Part shown: positions 37,557 through 46,703 of the stretch, piece by piece
Numbering within the stretch: the stretch's first letter is position 1
Layout of the letters: the number at the start of each line of letters is the position of its first letter
Source: Candidatus Latescibacterota bacterium
Lineage (GTDB): Bacteria > Latescibacterota > UBA2968 > UBA8231
NCBI GenBank assembly: GCA_965206595.1
Contig: OZ242214.1
Location: 3,584,001 to 3,648,000, forward strand
Direction: 5' to 3'
DNA length: 64,000 nucleotides
Translations under genes and position numbers: made by a program
The notes under the pieces: generated by a model
The model's input: only the letters and a program-made list of their open reading frames with translations
Databases searched by the model: none
What the model was told of the DNA's origin: nothing

Positions 37557-38369
37557 TCAGGAATTAACCATTACTTCTTCGGCGCTGTCCTCGGGGATGA
37601 ACCCCAGAACCTGCCTGGCGTGATCCAGGTCGACCCAGCGGTGACGGTTGTTGGAAACGCCGTAGAAGATGCCGAACTTGAGATCGTCCGGGGCGTCGAT
37701 CGCCCGCTGAGTAAGCTGGGCGACGTCCCGCTGGCTGCACCAGACGGCGCCCGACTCCGGCTTCTGGGGGTGATCTTCGGCGTTGACCCAGCCGATGCGG
37801 AGACAAAGGGAGGAGATGCCGAGGACGTCGGCCGTATACCGAGCCAGTGCCTCTCCCCAGATCTTGGTCGCCGGATACAACCCCGTGGGGCGGTGCGGCC
37901 ACTCGTGGGTCACGGGATGGACCTGAGTCCCGGCGAAGTCGTCGAACCGTCCCTCCGACAGGGCCTTGTAGGGATGGTCTAGATGGTATCCCCAGGATAC
38001 CATGATCGAGGATGCGTACACCACCCTCTTCACGCGGACGCGCACCGCGGCCTCGAAGACGTTGCGGACACCGATGATGTTGCTGGACAGCAGGCTGTCC
38101 CAGTTGGCGTCCGGCCGCGGATCGGCCGCCATCTGGACGACGATGTCCATTCCCTGAACCGCCCGCTCGACGGCCTCCAGATTGGCTAGGTCGGCCAGGA
38201 AGAAACGGTCTTCCGGAATCGACGGGGCGATTCCCTTCGGCGCCCGTTCCGATGGCTGTCTGCGGCGCGCCAGTGCATACAACTCGTAGCTGCCGACCTG
38301 CTCGAGGTGGCGATACACCACTCCCGGTATCAAACCGTAGACTCCGGTGATGAGAACTTTTTTGGCCAC
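37557..38369 (-). CDS. NAD-dependent epimerase/dehydratase (uronate-dehydrogenase-like)
   Basis: VLITGVYGLI, NIIG..NVFEAA, YASS, YPATK, LRIG, YGVSNN. Confidence 0.85.
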   Translation of the reverse strand: MAKKVLITGVYGLIPGVVYRHLEQVGSYELYALARRRQPSERAPKGIAPSIPEDRFFLADLANLEAVERAVQGMDIVVQMAADPRPDANWDSLLSSNIIGVRNVFEAAVRVRVKRVVYASSIMVSWGYHLDHPYKALSEGRFDDFAGTQVHPVTHEWPHRPTGLYPATKIWGEALARYTADVLGISSLCLRIGWVNAEDHPQKPESGAVWCSQRDVAQLTQRAIDAPDDLKFGIFYGVSNNRHRWVDLDHARQVLGFIPEDSAEEVMVNS

Positions 38370-38417
38370 CCTGGTGCCCCCTTTCTATTCCTTGGAATAT
38401 ACGCCGGCAGGAGGGTT

Positions 38418-38981
38418 CTACGCGTCGAGCACACCGATGCAGGGCAGGGCGCGGTAGCGCTGGCAGTAATCCATTCCGTAGCCGATGACGAACAGATCGC
38501 CGATGGTGTACCCGACGTAATCGAGCCTCACCGACACCCGGCGCCTCTCCGGCTTGTCGATCAGGGCACAGGTGTGGATCGACAACGGCCCGTGGGCCTG
38601 AATGGCGGCGATTGCCGCCTGCATGGTCTCACCGGTGTCGACGATGCCGTCGACAAGCAGCACCGGGCGTTCTGTCAGCTCCACGGTGGTCGACTCGGCA
38701 ACCTGGGGCTGGCCCGTCGACTCCCTGCCGCTATAGCTGCTGATCTTTATGAAGTCGTATTCTACGTCCCTGGCGAATTCGGGCGGCATTGCCCTCATAA
38801 GATCGATGGCAAACCGAGCCGCCCCGGTCAGGATACCGATCAGAACAGGCGGTCCCGCCTCGAAATCGCCGCTGATCCGGCGCGCGAGCTCCCCCACGCG
38901 GCGCTCTATCTCTGCGGTGTCGAACAGGACGCGGGGACCATCCTCGCCGATGGCCGCCTCCGGGCTGCCCGAGGTTCTCAC
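38418..38981 (-). CDS. hpt: Hypoxanthine phosphoribosyltransferase
   Basis: GILTGA, ISSY, VLLVDGIVDTG, LIDK, FVIGYGMDY..RYR.LP. Confidence 0.85.
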   Translation of the reverse strand: MRTSGSPEAAIGEDGPRVLFDTAEIERRVGELARRISGDFEAGPPVLIGILTGAARFAIDLMRAMPPEFARDVEYDFIKISSYSGRESTGQPQVAESTTVELTERPVLLVDGIVDTGETMQAAIAAIQAHGPLSIHTCALIDKPERRRVSVRLDYVGYTIGDLFVIGYGMDYCQRYRALPCIGVLDA

Positions 38982-39322
38982 CGTCCGGGTCCGCGGACCG
39001 CGTTTTGGAGAGCCATGAGCAAGATGGCGCGATACTCGTCAAGGTCCGGCAGCAGGTGTCTTTCGATGACGAAGATTCCCTCCACGGACTCTTCGAGGTA
39101 GGAGATGATTGTTCGAATGTGGAAATCGGCGCGCAGCGTTCTGAGTCCGGACTCGCCGGTCGGTCTGCGGATGTCGCTGCGCTGGTAATACTCCAGGACG
39201 ACCGGGAAATGTTGAATCAGTTCCTCCGACGCGAAAAGAACGCGAAGCTCCTCGAAGAAGTGGAGGGCGTCCGCGGCCTCCTCTGACCACTCGTCTTTCT
39301 TTACCAGCCAGCGCGGGCCCAT
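38978..39322 (-). CDS. Hypothetical protein (about 114 aa)
   Basis: Protein-like MGPRWLVKKDEWSEEAADALHFFEELR...; stop overlaps the hpt start. Confidence 0.6.
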   Translation of the reverse strand: MGPRWLVKKDEWSEEAADALHFFEELRVLFASEELIQHFPVVLEYYQRSDIRRPTGESGLRTLRADFHIRTIISYLEESVEGIFVIERHLLPDLDEYRAILLMALQNAVRGPGR

Positions 39323-39515
39323 GCGCAACTCCGGATGAGGCGCGTACGGGGTGGAGCAGGATCTTCTGTCCGTACAAAAGTGAAGGGCTGCTCTCCTTGC
39401 AAGCAGCCCTTCGACTCGGGGAATGGGGAGGGCGAAAACGCGGCAGGGCTGGCTGCCCGGGTTTGCTGCCGCGGTATCGCCTGAGTAGCCGGCCGACGGG
39501 GCGGCCGGTTTCCTG

Positions 39516-40760
39516 TTAAGCCGCCACCGGTTTCTGTTTCGCCCCTGACTGACTGGCCGGTGCGGCCTTCTGGACTGCCGTCTTGCCGTTGCCGGCGTTG
39601 ACTGCCGGAGTGCGGCCCGCCGGGTCCGGGACGCTGCCGGCCCCTTCCGTGGGGGCGGGCGTCTTGCCGGCGGCGGCACCGCTATCCTTGCCAGCGGCTG
39701 CTCGCGCCAAGGGAATATTCATCGCCGCGCGGATCTCTTCTTCGATCCGGCCGCAAACTTGCTCGTTCTCTTTCAGATAAATACGCGCGTTCTCCCTGCC
39801 CTGCCCCAGGCGCAGGCCGCCGTACGAAAACCAGGTTCCGCTCTTCTCGACGACCCGGTGCTGAACTCCCAGGTCGAGCAGGTCCCCCTCTTTGGAGATA
39901 CCGACGTCATCCCCACGGAAGAGGATGTCGAACTCGGCCTCTCTGAAGGGAGGAGCGACTTTGTTCTTGACCACTTTCACCCGGGTCCGCCGCCCGATCA
40001 CCTCGTCGCCATCCTTTAGGTTGCCGATGCTGCGGATATCCATGCGCACCGAGGCGTAGAAACAGAGGGCGCGGCCCCCGGTCGTGGTTTCCGGATTGCC
40101 GAACATCACGCCGATCTTCATGCGCAGCTGATTGATGAAGATCACCGTCGTTCGCGACTTCTGTATCGATCCCGTCAGCTTTCTCAACGCCTGCGACATC
40201 AGCCTCGCCTGCAGCCCCATCTGGGCGTCCCCCATCTCCCCTTCGAGCTCCGCCCGCGGAACCAGCGCCGCCACGGAATCGATGACGATGACGTCGAGGG
40301 CTCCGCTGCGGACCAGTGTGTCGGTGATCTCGAGTGCTTCTTCGCCGCAGTCGGGTTGCGCGACCAGCAGGTTTTCGACGTCGACACCCAGCTTGCGCGC
40401 AAAGCCGACGTCGAGGGCGTGCTCGGCGTCGATGAAAGCGGCGATGCCGCCCTGCTTCTGAGCCTGCGCTACCATGTTGAGAGCGCACATCGTCTTGCCG
40501 GCCGACTCGGGACCGTACATCTCGATGACACGCCCCCGCGGAACACCCCCGATCCCCAGAGCGGCGTCGAGCGACAGACAACCTGTCGGGACGACGTCGA
40601 TGTCGACGACTTGGGATTCACCCAGTCGCATGATGGCCCCCTTGCCGAACTGCTTTTCCACCTGGGTCAGGGCCTGCTGCATCGCTCTTTGCCGATCTTG
40701 CCCCTTGCCGTCCTTCCTGGCGTCCGAACCTCTCTGCGTGTTGAACCTGGCCGATACCAT
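39516..40760 (-). CDS. recA: Recombinase RecA with a low-complexity C-terminal tail
   Basis: [53 protein letters not shown]. Confidence 0.97.
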   Translation of the reverse strand: MVSARFNTQRGSDARKDGKGQDRQRAMQQALTQVEKQFGKGAIMRLGESQVVDIDVVPTGCLSLDAALGIGGVPRGRVIEMYGPESAGKTMCALNMVAQAQKQGGIAAFIDAEHALDVGFARKLGVDVENLLVAQPDCGEEALEITDTLVRSGALDVIVIDSVAALVPRAELEGEMGDAQMGLQARLMSQALRKLTGSIQKSRTTVIFINQLRMKIGVMFGNPETTTGGRALCFYASVRMDIRSIGNLKDGDEVIGRRTRVKVVKNKVAPPFREAEFDILFRGDDVGISKEGDLLDLGVQHRVVEKSGTWFSYGGLRLGQGRENARIYLKENEQVCGRIEEEIRAAMNIPLARAAAGKDSGAAAGKTPAPTEGAGSVPDPAGRTPAVNAGNGKTAVQKAAPASQSGAKQKPVAA

Positions 40761-40857
40761 CTCCGTTCTCTCCCGCCTCTCGGCTTTCTTGCTGAAGGGG
40801 AACGTCCAGCGGAGACGATGAGCACTACCTCTCTGGTGTGCCCTCTGTCTCTCAATA

Positions 40858-40896
40858 ACTGAACATAAGATTACTGAATATTTGTTCAGTTGTCAA
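40858..40896 (-). promoter_or_regulatory. recA promoter with palindromic operator (candidate LexA box)
   Basis: Minus strand TTGACA-N17-TAATCT; spacer covered by ACTGAATATTTGTTCAGT (40873-40890); extra half-site ACTGAACA at 40858-40865. Confidence 0.7.
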
Positions 40897-41129
40897 GCCC
40901 GGTATTTACTCCCTTGAAGAGACCTGGGACAAGAACGCCCCGCTCGACTCCTGCTGTACGCGTTTTGCCGATGCCCCTTCAACTGCCGTGCCAGACTGCA
41001 CACCGCTGGTCAATCAGATCACAACCACGTGTTTTCAAAGGGAGTTAGGCTATACACCGGATATTACCGGAAGGCGTTGGCCGCCCGGCGCCCGGGTATC
41101 ATCGTATACGGAGGTGTTCCCGACCGGTG

Positions 41130-42008
41130 TCAGGCGGCAGCGGAGCTGCGACGGGCGAGCACGACGCGCGGGATGCCGACGAGGTCGGGACGAACGCGGA
41201 CATCCGCGAAATTTTCGCTCTCCGCCAGGATCCCGGTCACCTTGGAGGCTTGTCCGTCACCTACCTCCAAGAGGAGCACGCCGTCCGGCGCGAGCACCGA
41301 CCCTGCGGAAACGGCGAGCCGCCGGTAGAAGTCAAGCCCGTCGGGGCCGCCGTCCAGCGCCCGGCGCGGCTCGAAATCCCGCACCTCCGCCTCGAGCTGC
41401 TCGATCTCGACACTGGGTATGTACGGAGGGTTGCACACGACAGCTTCGAAGTGGTCGCCGGGGGCGAATGCGGAAAGGAAGTCGCTGCGGGCGATATGGA
41501 GACGCCCGCCGACTCCGTGGGCCCTAGCGTTGCGCCGCGTCGTCATCAGGGCATCGCGGTCGATATCGACCGCCGTCACCCGAGCCGAAGGCTCCTCGTG
41601 GGCGATGGAGATCGCTATGGCGCCACTGCCGCACCCGAGATCGAGGACGTGGGGATGGTCTCTTGACGCCAGGAACTCCAGCGCGCAATCGACCAGTACC
41701 TCAGTTTCCGGACGCGGTATCAGGACCGATTCCGACACCTCCAGATCGAGCAATCGAAAGCTCGCCGTACCGGTGATGTACTGAACGGGAGCCCCGCGCA
41801 GGCGTTCACGCACGTAGCCGCGGAAACAGGCGACCTCTTCTTCGACGACCGTCCTTTCGAACTGGAGATAGAGGTCGAGCCGCTTCACCTCTAGGGCGGC
41901 CGCAAGCAGCAACTCGGCCTGCAGCCTGGGATTTTCGATCCCCTGTGACGAAAAAAAGCCGCTCGCTTCGTTCAGAAGGTCGAGCAGCTTCCAGGAGGGC
42001 TTACTCAT
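41130..42008 (-). CDS. prmC: Release factor glutamine methyltransferase
   Basis: PVQYITG, VLIPRPETE, DLGCGSG, NPPY, ALDGG.DGL. Confidence 0.95.
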   Translation of the reverse strand: MSKPSWKLLDLLNEASGFFSSQGIENPRLQAELLLAAALEVKRLDLYLQFERTVVEEEVACFRGYVRERLRGAPVQYITGTASFRLLDLEVSESVLIPRPETEVLVDCALEFLASRDHPHVLDLGCGSGAIAISIAHEEPSARVTAVDIDRDALMTTRRNARAHGVGGRLHIARSDFLSAFAPGDHFEAVVCNPPYIPSVEIEQLEAEVRDFEPRRALDGGPDGLDFYRRLAVSAGSVLAPDGVLLLEVGDGQASKVTGILAESENFADVRVRPDLVGIPRVVLARRSSAAA

Positions 42009-42143
42009 TTATATGGTGTTTATGGTGTCTATTTGGCTTCCGTCTCACAAACTGCCTCGACACTTTTCGGGCGATCCGTGCCGTCCTCATTGGCCGGATT
42101 CCTCGCTCGGTTCAGGAAAACAGGACACCCGAAGGCCTCGAGT

Positions 42144-43226
42144 TCATGAGGCCAGCGCATCTTCCTGTTCCGCTTCGGCGAGTTTGTCGACGAACTTGTC
42201 GAGCTCGCCGTCGAGAACCCCATCCAACCGGTAGATCGACAGCCCGATGCGGTGGTCGGTAACGCGACCCTGGGGAAAGTTGTAGGTGCGTATCTTGGCG
42301 CTGCGGTCGCCGGACCCGATCTGCTGCCTCCGCTCTCGCGACAGCTCGGCCTCCTGTTCCTCGCGGCGTTGAGCCAGGAGGCGCGCGCGCAGAACCTTCA
42401 TCGCCTTGTTCTTGTTCTTCAGCTGCGACTTTTCGTCCTGGCAGCTGACCACCATGCCGGTAGGTTTGTGCGTAATCCGCACCGCGGAGTCGGTCGTGTT
42501 CACACTTTGTCCCCCCGGACCGCTGGAGCGGTACACGTCAACCTCGATCTCTTCAGGGGAAATCTCGACATCGATATCGTCGGCCTCGGGCAGGACCGCC
42601 ACCGACGCTGCCGAGGTGTGGATACGACCGCTGGCTTCGGTCTTGGGAACGCGCTGAACCCGGTGCACCCCGCTTTCGAATTTCAGCTTGCCGTACGCGG
42701 AAGCACCCGAGACCATGAAGACGACTTCCTTGAATCCTCCGGAAGGATTGGTGCTCGATGAAAGCGGCTCGGTTTTCCAGGAATTGCGTTCCGCGAAGCG
42801 GTGGTACATCCGGAACAGGTCGCTGGCGAACAGGCCGGCTTCGTCACCTCCGGTACCTGCCCGGACCTCGACGATGGCGTTGCGGCCGGCATTCGGATCC
42901 CTGGGAATCAGCAACAACTGAATCGCCGCTTCGAGTTGGCCGATCTCCCCCTCGAGCTCCCGCAGCTCCTCGCTGGCCAGCTCCACGAGTTCGGAATCGT
43001 CCGCATCGGCGATTATCAGCACTGCATCCGCGCGGCGTTCCAGGCATCCGCGATAACTCCTGGCGAGGTCGACGACCTCACGCAGCTCACCAAGTTCGCG
43101 CGCTAGCCGTTGGTACAGCGAGGGATTCCGGGCGATCTCCGGGTCCGCGAGCTCTTCGCTGATCTCGTCGAACCTGCGCTCTTTCTCGCCGAGTCTGTCG
43201 AGCAGTGGAGAGGGGGCGTCGCTCAT
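42144..43226 (-). CDS. prfA: Peptide chain release factor 1
   Basis: EVRAGTGGDEA, HRVQRVPKTE (PxT), SGPGGQ, RTYNFPQ; start ATG 43226. Confidence 0.96.
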   Translation of the reverse strand: MSDAPSPLLDRLGEKERRFDEISEELADPEIARNPSLYQRLARELGELREVVDLARSYRGCLERRADAVLIIADADDSELVELASEELRELEGEIGQLEAAIQLLLIPRDPNAGRNAIVEVRAGTGGDEAGLFASDLFRMYHRFAERNSWKTEPLSSSTNPSGGFKEVVFMVSGASAYGKLKFESGVHRVQRVPKTEASGRIHTSAASVAVLPEADDIDVEISPEEIEVDVYRSSGPGGQSVNTTDSAVRITHKPTGMVVSCQDEKSQLKNKNKAMKVLRARLLAQRREEQEAELSRERRQQIGSGDRSAKIRTYNFPQGRVTDHRIGLSIYRLDGVLDGELDKFVDKLAEAEQEDALAS

Positions 43227-44287
43227 TCGCCAGCCCCGCCCGAGACCGGCGGAGATTCGGCCGCCTCCGCCGGGGCCGAAGAAGGGGTGCGTCCATCCGG
43301 GGACCAGATTTCGAACTCGGCGACCGCGGACAGTCCGAGGGCTCTGCGCAGGGCGACCAGGGCCACCTCGAGCTGGGCGTCGTCCGGCTCCCGGGTCGTG
43401 ATCCGCTGCAGCCAGAGACCGGGAGCGATCAGCAGCCGGGTCAGGGGATGGTTGCGTTTTCGACCGGAAAGTTTCAGCAGCTCGAAGCTCACCCCGGATA
43501 CCAGCGGCAGGATGCAAAGATGTGTGGCGAAACGCTCGAGCAGCGATTGCCGGCGGCCTAGGGCCTCCGCGACCGCCGAGTCGACCAGCGCGAAAGCAAG
43601 TATCGAAACAAGGACGACAATCAGCAGGAAACTAGTACCACACCGGGGATGCAGGCGCCCGTACTCCCGGGCCCGGGCAACCGTCAGATCGTCGCCGGCC
43701 TCCTGTGTGTAGATGCTCTTGTGCTCGGCTCCGTGATACTCGAAAACCCGGCGTATCTCGCTCCAGTGGCTCAAACCCCACAGATAAAGGATGAAAAGCG
43801 CCAGCCGCACCGAACCGGCCAGCAGGTTGAACCGAAAAGCATCTCGGGCGGCGCCGCTGTGCTCGGCGACGAACAGCGGCAGGAAGAAGAAGATCCCCAG
43901 CCCTGCCGCGAGGCTGATCGCTACGGTCAGTGCCAAGGCTAACCGATTCTGCCCCGAATTGGTTGCCTGTTCCGGTTCGCCCTGCTGCCGCGCTTCGGCC
44001 TGCATCGCCATGTCGGCAGAAAAGTTGAGGGTGCGTACCCCGATGATCGCCATCTCGAAAAACGACACGGCGCCGCGAATGACCGGAACTCCCAACAGCC
44101 GCAGGCGGCGCGACCACGGGATGTGCTCCTCTTCCCTGACCAAGATCCCGCGGTCCGGAGTGCGCACTGCCGTGACTATTTTCTCCTGCGCCCGAATCAT
44201 CACCCCTTCGATGACGGCTTGGCCCCCGATCGGCAGGTCTTCCGACTCTCTCGTGCCTTGGACGGTTGAGAGATCCCTGTTACTCAT
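43223..44287 (-). CDS. DUF1385 domain membrane protein
   Basis: IGGQAVIEGVM, YHGAEHK, HPRCGTSF, LQRITTREP; usual rpmE-prfA neighbourhood. Confidence 0.9.
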   Translation of the reverse strand: MSNRDLSTVQGTRESEDLPIGGQAVIEGVMIRAQEKIVTAVRTPDRGILVREEEHIPWSRRLRLLGVPVIRGAVSFFEMAIIGVRTLNFSADMAMQAEARQQGEPEQATNSGQNRLALALTVAISLAAGLGIFFFLPLFVAEHSGAARDAFRFNLLAGSVRLALFILYLWGLSHWSEIRRVFEYHGAEHKSIYTQEAGDDLTVARAREYGRLHPRCGTSFLLIVVLVSILAFALVDSAVAEALGRRQSLLERFATHLCILPLVSGVSFELLKLSGRKRNHPLTRLLIAPGLWLQRITTREPDDAQLEVALVALRRALGLSAVAEFEIWSPDGRTPSSAPAEAAESPPVSGGAGE

Positions 44288-44376
44288 ACGTTTCGGTGCG
44301 CTTCCCGGAGTACATAAAAAAGGCGACAGGGCCGGCCCCTTCATGGGACAAACCTGTCACCTCGAGTGTACGGAAA

Positions 44377-44637
44377 TCAGTTCCCAGCGGCCTTGTCGCC
44401 GTAGCGACGGCGGAACTGTTCGATGCGGCCACCGCGTTCGGCGATCTGCTGCCGTTTGCCAGTATAGAACGGGTGGGAGACCGAGCTGATCTCGACGCGG
44501 ATCAGAGGGTAGGTGTTGCCATCTTCCCACTCGATCGTCTGATCGGTAGCCGCCGTCGACCTCGTCAGCACCTTGAAGTCGCTGCTTACGTCCTGAATGA
44601 CTACCGGCCGGTAGTCAGGGTGGATGTCGCTTTTCAT
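44377..44637 (-). CDS. rpmE: 50S ribosomal protein L31, type B (no zinc cysteines)
   Basis: [25 protein letters not shown]; no CxxC; 86 aa. Confidence 0.95.
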   Translation of the reverse strand: MKSDIHPDYRPVVIQDVSSDFKVLTRSTAATDQTIEWEDGNTYPLIRVEISSVSHPFYTGKRQQIAERGGRIEQFRRRYGDKAAGN

Positions 44638-44740
44638 GGCTCTTCGAGTTCTGTCGTTGCAACGGGTTGGTTTTAAAAGAAAATATGACCGTGTCAATGT
44701 AGCGCAAACAGCGGAAATCCCGCCGCGCCCGCAGGGAGCG

Positions 44741-46093
44741 CTACTCGTTCATTGACTTCAGGAATTCCTCGTTCGAAGCCGTTCCCTGCATCTTCTCGGT
44801 GAGGAACTCCATCCCCTCGACGACTCCCATCTGGTTGAGAATGCGCCGAATGATGTACGACCGGCTCAATTCCAGCTCGCCGAGTAGAAGCTCCTCCTTG
44901 CGCGTGCTGGTCGCGGTCACGTCGATGGCCGGATAGGTGCGCCTGTTGCTCAGTTTGCGATCCAGCGTTACCTGCATGTTTCCGGTTCCCTTGAACTCCT
45001 CAAAGATCACCTCGTCCATGCGGCTGCCGGTATCGACGAGGGTGGTTGCGACGATGGTCAGGCTGCCCCCTTCCTCGACGTTGCGTGCAGCGGCGAAAAA
45101 CCGGCGCGGCCATTGCAGCGCCGTCGAGTCGACGCCCCCCGTCAGGATACGGCCGCTGTGTGGGGTGACCGTGTTGTAGGCGCGCGCCAGACGCGTCATG
45201 CTGTCGAGCAGGACGACGACATCCCGTTTGTGTTCGATCAGCCGGCGCGCTTTCTCGATGACCATCTCCGCAACCTGAACGTGCCGGGTGGCGGGCTCGT
45301 CGAAGGTGGAGCTGACGACCTCGCCCTTTACGGAACGCTGCATGTCGGTGACTTCCTCCGGGCGCTCGTCTATCAGCAGCACTATCAGAATCACTTCGGG
45401 GTGATTGTGGGAAATGGCGTTGGCGATTTTCTGAAGCAAGACGGTCTTGCCGGTGAACGGCGGGGCGACAATCAACCCGCGCTGGCCCTTTCCGATCGGT
45501 GACAGCAGGTCGAGGACCCGCGTGGTGAGATCCTTTGGATTGTGTTCCAGTACCATGCGCTCAGTCGGATGCAGAGCGGTCAGGTTCTCGAAAATCGTCT
45601 TGCTCTTGGTTACCTCGGGGTCCTCGAAGTTGATCGCTTCGACGCGCAACAGAGCAAAATACTTCTCATCGTTTTTTGGGGGCCGGATCTGTCCGGATAT
45701 GGTGTCCCCCGTGCGCAAGCTGAAACGTTTTATCTGTGAATGCGAGACGTAAATATCGTCGGGACCGGGCAGGTAGTTGTAGCTGGGTGAGCGCAGGAAG
45801 CCGAAACCCTCGTCAAGGACTTCCAGCACCCCTTGGGCAAACAGCAGCCCGCTACGCTCGGTTTGAGCCTTCAGGATGGCGAAAATCAGCTCTTGCTTGC
45901 GCAGTGAATGGTAGTCGGGAACGGTGAGATCGCGAGCCAACTCCTGTTGATCGAGGATGTTCATCCTCTGCAGGTCAATGATGTTGAGCTTTATACTGCG
46001 TTCGTTGGCGCCTTCGGACCTGGAGCGGTTGTTGTTGCGTTCGGAGGGCAAACGCTTCCGTTCCGGCGCTGCCTTGGTGCGCTCGGCGGGCAT
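44741..46093 (-). CDS. rho: Transcription termination factor Rho
   Basis: [49 protein letters not shown]. Confidence 0.97.
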   Translation of the reverse strand: MPAERTKAAPERKRLPSERNNNRSRSEGANERSIKLNIIDLQRMNILDQQELARDLTVPDYHSLRKQELIFAILKAQTERSGLLFAQGVLEVLDEGFGFLRSPSYNYLPGPDDIYVSHSQIKRFSLRTGDTISGQIRPPKNDEKYFALLRVEAINFEDPEVTKSKTIFENLTALHPTERMVLEHNPKDLTTRVLDLLSPIGKGQRGLIVAPPFTGKTVLLQKIANAISHNHPEVILIVLLIDERPEEVTDMQRSVKGEVVSSTFDEPATRHVQVAEMVIEKARRLIEHKRDVVVLLDSMTRLARAYNTVTPHSGRILTGGVDSTALQWPRRFFAAARNVEEGGSLTIVATTLVDTGSRMDEVIFEEFKGTGNMQVTLDRKLSNRRTYPAIDVTATSTRKEELLLGELELSRSYIIRRILNQMGVVEGMEFLTEKMQGTASNEEFLKSMNE

Positions 46094-46449
46094 TGGAGAC
46101 CTTTCGTGTAGATCGTTATATGGACGCTGCGCCCCACCTCGGGAACGCGGGAGGCGCGTCCAGTTGGTTCCCGTTCAAGGGCTTGGCCACCCGGATACCC
46201 ACAGGGCAGATCCGATACCTGCGCTGCGGATGTTTCTCAGCCGTCAGTTTGCAATTCCTTCCCATGAGCGGAAGTGAACTTTGCGCGCGTCCTGCTGTGT
46301 CGAACGATGCGATTGAAATTAAAATCTGGTTGCTGGTCGGATTACTGCTGAAATCTTGGTCACGGGCAGCCGCCAGAATTAAAGGCGGCTGACCAGAAGA
46401 GCGAAGTGAGTGGAAGGGAGGATATGAAAAGCTGCGAAGGATGGCTGGA

Positions 46450-46478
46450 AAGCTATAGAGGAATATGGGGATTGTCAA
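46450..46478 (-). promoter_or_regulatory. rho promoter
   Basis: Minus strand TTGACA-N17-TAGCTT, about 350 nt upstream of the ATG. Confidence 0.65.
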
Positions 46479-46482
46479 GAAC

Positions 46483-46644
46483 TTTGGGGGGCCCCTCAGT
46501 CACGTGCTGTGGGGGAGGGTGCCAAGACCCCTCCCCAGTCGTCTGGATGGTGGAACAGCCGAACCTTGGGGTCCCCATAGGGAGGATCATATGCACCGAC
46601 AAATCCCAAGAAGACGTCGACACCTTCGGCTTGGCCCCCCCGAA
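46483..46644. other. Multi-stem intergenic element (ncRNA or MITE/REP-like candidate)
   Basis: Nested inverted repeats GGGGGGCC/GGCCCCCC, GGGGAGGG/CCCTCCCC, AGCCGAA/TTCGGCT, CTTGGG/CCCAAG. Confidence 0.4.
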
Positions 46645-46675
46645 AAAAAAGCGCGCCACCGACAGGGTGGCGCGC
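46643..46675 (-). terminator. Intrinsic terminator of the Ig-domain protein gene
   Basis: GCGCGCCACC/GGTGGCGCGC stem followed on the minus strand by 8 T. Confidence 0.85.
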
Positions 46676-46703
46676 CCGCTATTGATTGGGTGTCAGTCGG
46701 ACT

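Noticed and set aside
46483-46644. 6S RNA, SRP RNA or tmRNA identity for the structured element
   Set aside because: Branched rather than rod-like, no SRP domain IV motif and no tRNA-like 3' end.
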